This document shows positions 59,059 through 64,000 of a stretch of 64,000 nt of DNA, piece after piece (position 1 is the first letter of the stretch; the number at the start of each line of letters is the position of its first letter). A program made the translations under genes and the position numbers. Source of the stretch: Candidatus Omnitrophota bacterium (GTDB lineage Bacteria; Omnitrophota; Gorgyraeia; Duberdicusellales; 4484-171); assembly GCA_016935525.1 (NCBI GenBank), contig JAFGQU010000023.1, forward strand, positions 64,897 to 128,896, read 5' to 3'. The notes beneath the pieces are model-generated. The model saw nothing but the letters and a program-made list of their open reading frames with translations, was not told the origin of the DNA and made no database searches.

Positions 59059-61302
59059 TTATCTATATTCCAGAACAACTCTTATATACCCTTGGGGCAA
59101 TGGAACCTGGTTCAGAATACCGGTAAGATCAGCCTGATGACACTCTTTTCCGGTAAATCCAGCCACTTTTAACCAGATAATACCATGAGAATCGGTCTTC
59201 ATCTCGAGAGTGACTTTTTTTAACGACCACTTCCGGAAAAGATCTTCTAACTTACTTTTTACCGGGTCGATGAGCGTATCGAACCTATCTTGGGTCCATC
59301 CTTGCGGAAACACGCCGTTACCGGCCACGAGATGAGATGACTCCGCTTTTACCTCGGGCGCGGCAGCCATATCGTTACGGCTTAACGATAAAGATCCGGC
59401 AACCGATTTGAAACAGGCTTGAGGAAAAGATCCCCGTTCTTCCAACGCCAGTTCACTTACTCCCTGCGGTAAGGGAAGAGGCTGTTTCACGGTCACGACT
59501 TCTCCGGTTTCCCGGACAACCGTATCGACCGCGACAAAGGAGGTATATTCGGTCATAAGCGAATATTTCAATCCCAACTCCGCCACCTGATCTTTTACAT
59601 TCATACCCACACTTGCGTAATCGGAAAGTCTCGCGATTTTTTCTCTTGCCCACAAATACCGCAGGGCGCTGTTGGTTTCGTTTTCTTTATAATCCGTTAC
59701 CTTGATCACTCGACGATACGGGCCGCCTGCGGTATTTCCGGTCACCACGATCTCACCTTCAGGGTTTTTGTATTTCCCGTACACGATCAAAGGACGCATC
59801 GCAAAGAGATCGCCGATCGCCTCAGGTCCCACATCATAAGCCTCGAACCCGCGATACTCTACTTTGATGTCGGTCAACACCGGCCAACTCACGTAGGTCA
59901 AAAACGTTTCGGCCAATTGTTGGGCTTCTCGTTGATCGGTCGCCACAAACGGCGCGCCTGACCCGGCCCGGGCCAATCCTTCGATAAGGTACCGGTTAGT
60001 GCTTGCGCCGATACCGAACGTGAAACAATTCGCATCCCCTATACGCTTTGAAATCATATCAAACGCTTCTTTTTCGACCGAGATATACCCGTCGGTCGCG
60101 ATCACTACCGTACGCGATACACCCTCTTTCTTTTCGAGCGCCAGAGTATGAGTCAATGCCGAAAGCAGGTTTGTCCCGCCGCCGCCTTGCTGGCTATCAA
60201 GCATAGCAATAGCCTGACGGATATTATCCGGTGTCACCGGGAGCGGATACGGCGATAATACGCGTGAGCCGCCGGCAAAAAACACGATATTAAAATAATC
60301 CTTTCCGTTAAGATCATTCAGGATGTTACGAATAAGCGTCTTTGATACTTCCAGAGGAAATCCGTTCATCGATCCGGACACATCGACTACGAACACGTAT
60401 TCCCGCGGCGGCACATCACGCACCTCAACCCTTTTAGGCGGCTGGACCATTAACAGGAAAAAATTCTCTTTTTCGCCGGGATACAGCATAAGGCCAGTTT
60501 GGATCTGATTACCTTTTAACGCGTACCGTAATATAAAATCCCGGTTTCCCCCTTGAACTTCCTCAGAAAGTTTTACGCGGGTATAGAGATCGCCTTCTTC
60601 GACAGTCACGTTATGAGAAGGGACCCATACCTCATCGACCGCGACCGGAGTGTTAAGCGTCACTTCTATATCGATATCATAAGGGACTTCTTCTTTATTC
60701 CGCAGATACGGCATCGCGACCCAGGGATTTTCTTTTTCAGGATCTTTTACCTCACCGTTATACCGCGGGCCGACGACCGTGGGAAATACGAATTCATAGG
60801 TACTGTTTTGAGGTACAATCAGCTCAGTATAATGGACCGTGACTTCAATCATATCGCCGGGCATAATGTTTGCCACGTTCATCTGGAACACGTTCGGACG
60901 TTGCTGCCGGAGTAGTGAGGCGATTTGTCCCGCATTCTTCGCGGTTTCATAGATATTTTTTGCGGTTTCTTTTTCTTCGATCTTGGCGGTAATCACCCGG
61001 TCGGCTATCTTCATCTGCATCCGGTTGATCGCCGCGTGCGCCCCCAGGGGAAACACGTACATTGCCTCTATCGTTTTATTCCCCTCATTTTTATACGTCT
61101 GGATGAACTCCACATAGGCGACAACCCCGGCGATATTTACGTGTACTTTTGTCCCTAAAAGCGGGAATTGTTCGACTCCTTCTTTACCGGCCACCTGAAA
61201 ATACGGCGACTGGTGGGCGGCCGGCTTATCCTGCGCCCAGCTTACGGGAACGATATGCCCGATCATCCCGAGAAACCCCAGAACCATTATAAGTTTTCTC
61301 AT
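59059..61302 (-). CDS. Secreted VIT (vault inter-alpha-trypsin) plus von Willebrand factor A domain protein
   Basis: Signal peptide, a VIT-like N-terminal domain, and a vWA MIDAS DVSGSM...T...D pattern. 747 aa. Confidence 0.7.
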   Translation of the reverse strand: MRKLIMVLGFLGMIGHIVPVSWAQDKPAAHQSPYFQVAGKEGVEQFPLLGTKVHVNIAGVVAYVEFIQTYKNEGNKTIEAMYVFPLGAHAAINRMQMKIADRVITAKIEEKETAKNIYETAKNAGQIASLLRQQRPNVFQMNVANIMPGDMIEVTVHYTELIVPQNSTYEFVFPTVVGPRYNGEVKDPEKENPWVAMPYLRNKEEVPYDIDIEVTLNTPVAVDEVWVPSHNVTVEEGDLYTRVKLSEEVQGGNRDFILRYALKGNQIQTGLMLYPGEKENFFLLMVQPPKRVEVRDVPPREYVFVVDVSGSMNGFPLEVSKTLIRNILNDLNGKDYFNIVFFAGGSRVLSPYPLPVTPDNIRQAIAMLDSQQGGGGTNLLSALTHTLALEKKEGVSRTVVIATDGYISVEKEAFDMISKRIGDANCFTFGIGASTNRYLIEGLARAGSGAPFVATDQREAQQLAETFLTYVSWPVLTDIKVEYRGFEAYDVGPEAIGDLFAMRPLIVYGKYKNPEGEIVVTGNTAGGPYRRVIKVTDYKENETNSALRYLWAREKIARLSDYASVGMNVKDQVAELGLKYSLMTEYTSFVAVDTVVRETGEVVTVKQPLPLPQGVSELALEERGSFPQACFKSVAGSLSLSRNDMAAAPEVKAESSHLVAGNGVFPQGWTQDRFDTLIDPVKSKLEDLFRKWSLKKVTLEMKTDSHGIIWLKVAGFTGKECHQADLTGILNQVPLPQGYIRVVLEYR

Positions 61303-61540
61303 GTTTCCCTCCTTTCATGAGGCCATCACTTACGGAATTTTAATGAACGTAAGTGATCCGGCCGAATTAAATCCTTGACAATTGTAGTGCGTAATTCAAT
61401 TGTCAAGGATCAGGTTCGTTCATCGGACTTATGTTCGCCCACTTTGTTACCTCCATAAGTCCGGAACTCACCTGATTGGACACCGCAAGGCACAGGATTG
61501 TTCCAAAAAAATCACCTTTTTTTAAAGGGAAAAAATGAGG

Positions 61541-62410
61541 TTATTCGGCGAGTTTTTTATGTAACCGGATATGTAACACAACACTCTGGTATCGATCAAG
61601 TTCTTTTCGCGGGCTGACGAGGATGTCGGCAATATCCGTTTTTTCAAGTTCGTCTAAAAACGAAGTAATACTTCGCCCGTCAGCTTTCACCGCGAACTCA
61701 AGAAATTCTATATTCTCGGTATTTACTTTACGCAGGTCTTCGTTTAACGGGGCGATTACCGGGATATTCAGTTTTTCAAGCAGTGTGAGGATAGCGGTTA
61801 TTCCCTGACGCAGGTCTTTTACCGTAACTTCTAATCGTTGTTCGGATATCGCCGTGAGCCCGCCCTGAGCGACACCGATCATTTCTTTTTGCATCAACGC
61901 CGCCGACGGCTCCCTTTTCATCTGAACAGCTTTCCTCTCTTCTAAAGCAAAACTCTCGCGCATACCATTTTCCCGTTCTTGTCTCAAAATGCCGCCGGTC
62001 TCGCGCGCGGGGCTTGCCGGTATAACGGCTGTTGTTTCATCGCCTTTTTGGACCATCATCTTCATCGGCGCGTTCACTTCAAGGGTCTTAAATACCGCGA
62101 CCACACAGATACACACTACCACCAGCGCTACCGGGATTTTAAGCGCCGAATTTTTCATTATCCTTTTTAAAACCGAATCGAGCTCTTTTTGCCGGCCCAG
62201 ACGCGTGTTCACCCGGTCCAGGAAATCCGACGGGGCGTGTTCGTGCGGCTCTTCTTTCAATAAATAAGATATCTGCCGTAACGATTCAAGATCACGGCTA
62301 CAGGCGGCGCATCCGGCAAGATGTTCTACGACCTCGTTATGATCGATGGCATCCAGTTCACCGTCTAAGTATTGGCCTAACAATTCTTTTATACGGTCAC
62401 ATCCACTCAT
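61541..62410 (-). CDS. Anti-sigma factor with an N-terminal zinc-binding (ZAS, HxxxCxxC) domain and a single TM
   Basis: HLAGCAACSRDLESL and a TM (IPVALVVVCICVVAVF). Its start overlaps the ECF sigma gene stop. Confidence 0.7.
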   Translation of the reverse strand: MSGCDRIKELLGQYLDGELDAIDHNEVVEHLAGCAACSRDLESLRQISYLLKEEPHEHAPSDFLDRVNTRLGRQKELDSVLKRIMKNSALKIPVALVVVCICVVAVFKTLEVNAPMKMMVQKGDETTAVIPASPARETGGILRQERENGMRESFALEERKAVQMKREPSAALMQKEMIGVAQGGLTAISEQRLEVTVKDLRQGITAILTLLEKLNIPVIAPLNEDLRKVNTENIEFLEFAVKADGRSITSFLDELEKTDIADILVSPRKELDRYQSVVLHIRLHKKLAE

Positions 62411-62990
62411 AATAGTCTTTCAATTTCTGTCTCAATTCCGCGCGCGCGCGCGCCAGACGCGATTTTACCGTACCGATATCTATTTTAAGTATCGCCGCGA
62501 TCTCGTTATATTTTAACTGTTCGAACTCTTTTAACACAACGATCTCTTTATATTCTGTTTTTAGACTATCAACAGTATCCCGTACTATCTTGCGGCGTTC
62601 TTTATCGCTCGTCTCGTCCCGCGGAGTCGGCATACCGGAATCTATCTCGCGGCGCATCACGCCGCCGGCGGCCTCGACCGGGCTATCCAGGGAATAAGCG
62701 ACGTTACGGCGCAGCCGCGCGCGGCTCCGGAGACGGTTTTTACACATATTCATACATATCCGGTAAAGATAGGTCGATAACAGAGAGTCTCCCCGGAACT
62801 CTTTCAGGTGCCGGTATAACGAGACAAACACATCCTGGGATACATCCAAAGCGTCATTGCGGTCGCGTAACATCTTCATGCACACATTAAACACCATATC
62901 CTGATATTTTAATACTATTTTATTGAACGCGGCATGGGCGCCCCGCGTAAACTCTTCGATCAACCGGATATCGTCGCTATGATTAGACAC
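62397..62990 (-). CDS. ECF (sigma-70 family group IV) sigma factor
   Basis: Region 2 (DVSQDVFVSLYRHLKEF) and region 4 HTH (YKEIAAILKIDIGTVKSRLARAR). Confidence 0.85.
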   Translation of the reverse strand: MSNHSDDIRLIEEFTRGAHAAFNKIVLKYQDMVFNVCMKMLRDRNDALDVSQDVFVSLYRHLKEFRGDSLLSTYLYRICMNMCKNRLRSRARLRRNVAYSLDSPVEAAGGVMRREIDSGMPTPRDETSDKERRKIVRDTVDSLKTEYKEIVVLKEFEQLKYNEIAAILKIDIGTVKSRLARARAELRQKLKDYYEWM

Positions 62991-63040
62991 TTTCCGTCCG
63001 CCTTTTGTTCCGTTTTTTATATACTGTATTTTCGGCCGCC

Positions 63041-63084
63041 GCGCGGGATGAGAGTCACACAGTCACATGGTCACATGTCACACG
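63041..63084. repeat. GTCACA-family half element (left arm only)
   Basis: GTCACAcaGTCACAtgGTCACAtGTCACAcg. Confidence 0.6.
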
Positions 63085-63170
63085 TAAAGAAAAAACTGTG
63101 GTTAAGCTCTCTGAAAATAGATCTTTTGCGTTATACTACGGACCACAGACTATGGACTACAGGCCATCGA

Positions 63171-64000
63171 CTATCGCTCTATTTCTTTAATCTGAGCGCC
63201 CTTTTTTTCCAAAGAAGAGATCAGATCGTTTTTGATCACTGTTTTTACCTCGACGTGCTCGGCGGTATAATTCACTTTTATCACGGAGGCGTGGCGGTAA
63301 AGCCAGTCGAGTATTTTCATCTCCGCGAAATTAAACGTCACCCATACCGTCTTATTATCGACAAAAAGTATCTTCTGGATCTCAGCTAAGAGTTCAGACA
63401 CATTCGCCCGGGTAAGGGCTGAAACAAGTATCGCTTCCGGATATTTCACCTGCATCCTCTCGATCTCAGCGTCACTTAACCGGTCGATCTTATTAAAAAT
63501 AAGCAGCTGATGTTTTTCGTTCAACTCCAGGTCTTTCAGTATCTCATCGACAGCCTTGATCAGTTTCGGATAATTTTCGTTACTCACATCGACCACATGA
63601 AGCAAAAGATCCGCGTACTGTAACTCTTCCAGCGTCGCTTTAAACGATTCCACAAGATACGGCGGCAGTTTATAGATAAATCCGACCGTATCGGTGATCA
63701 CTATCTGCAGATGATTATCGAAGGTGAACGTCCGGCTTACCGGATCGAGCGTAGTAAACAAAGAATCTGACGTTTCCCGTCCGGCGCCCGTCAACGTGTT
63801 CAGCAGGGTAGATTTACCGGCATTGGTATATCCGACCAGGGAACATACTTGTACCTGTTCTTTCTGTCGTTTTTTCCGTATGGTATCCCGATGTTTACGT
63901 ACGTTTTCCAGTTCTTTTCTTAACCGCGTGATCCGTTCGTCGATCCGCCGCCGGTCGATCTCGATCTTCCTTTCGCCCGGCCCTCTAGTCCCGATACCGC
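63171..64000 (-). CDS. hflX: GTPase HflX. The N-terminus is cut off by the window edge.
   Basis: The reading frame stays open to the window end: ...GIGTRGPGERKIEIDRRRIDERI...GYTNAGKSTLLNTLTGAG...FATLDP...DTVGFI..LP..LVESFKATLEE..ADLLLHVVD. Confidence 0.85.
   Translation of the reverse strand, partial: GIGTRGPGERKIEIDRRRIDERITRLRKELENVRKHRDTIRKKRQKEQVQVCSLVGYTNAGKSTLLNTLTGAGRETSDSLFTTLDPVSRTFTFDNHLQIVITDTVGFIYKLPPYLVESFKATLEELQYADLLLHVVDVSNENYPKLIKAVDEILKDLELNEKHQLLIFNKIDRLSDAEIERMQVKYPEAILVSALTRANVSELLAEIQKILFVDNKTVWVTFNFAEMKILDWLYRHASVIKVNYTAEHVEVKTVIKNDLISSLEKKGAQIKEIER

Overview
The window is 64 kb from an anaerobic bacterium of roughly 48-50% GC. It is almost entirely coding, and nearly all genes lie on the minus strand. 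Contents in order: (1) a Rex-controlled electron-bifurcating-type [FeFe]-hydrogenase locus, bracketed by a sensor kinase and a response regulator; (2) a glycogen-to-trehalose operon in which a GH57 enzyme sits where TreX normally does; (3) an unusual cluster led by an ArsR regulator, containing a KamA (lysine-2,3-aminomutase) fused to an ATP-grasp ligase, a second ATP-grasp ligase, a GNAT acetyltransferase, a small LysW-like zinc-ribbon ORF that the ORF track missed, and a MarC membrane protein; (4) a single flagellin gene with a CsrA-type leader; (5) tRNA-His, tRNA-Arg and tRNA-Pro with tRNA-fragment duplications and a low-GC orphan ORF; (6) a long minus-strand run of housekeeping genes (MMPL transporter, protease, RdgB, RNase PH, class I fumarase alpha/beta, queDCE, murI, amidase, mgtE, pgi, malK-like, accD); and (7) a heat-shock block (hrcA-grpE-dnaK-dnaJ with CIRCE, clpB, hsp20, an HspR-like MerR regulator, ECF sigma/anti-sigma, hflX). 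The most striking non-coding signal is several families of intergenic composite repeats. Each is built from arrays of a short motif facing an inverted array, with a different motif per family: GTCACA, GAAATA, AATCC/AAGCACGAAAT, CGTTACGCG, NNNCGCT, GTCGTT. They sit between and inside operons, and one appears to have rewritten the 3' end of grpE. No CRISPR array, transposase or integrase was seen. All calls rest on motif and family recognition by eye; no database search was run.
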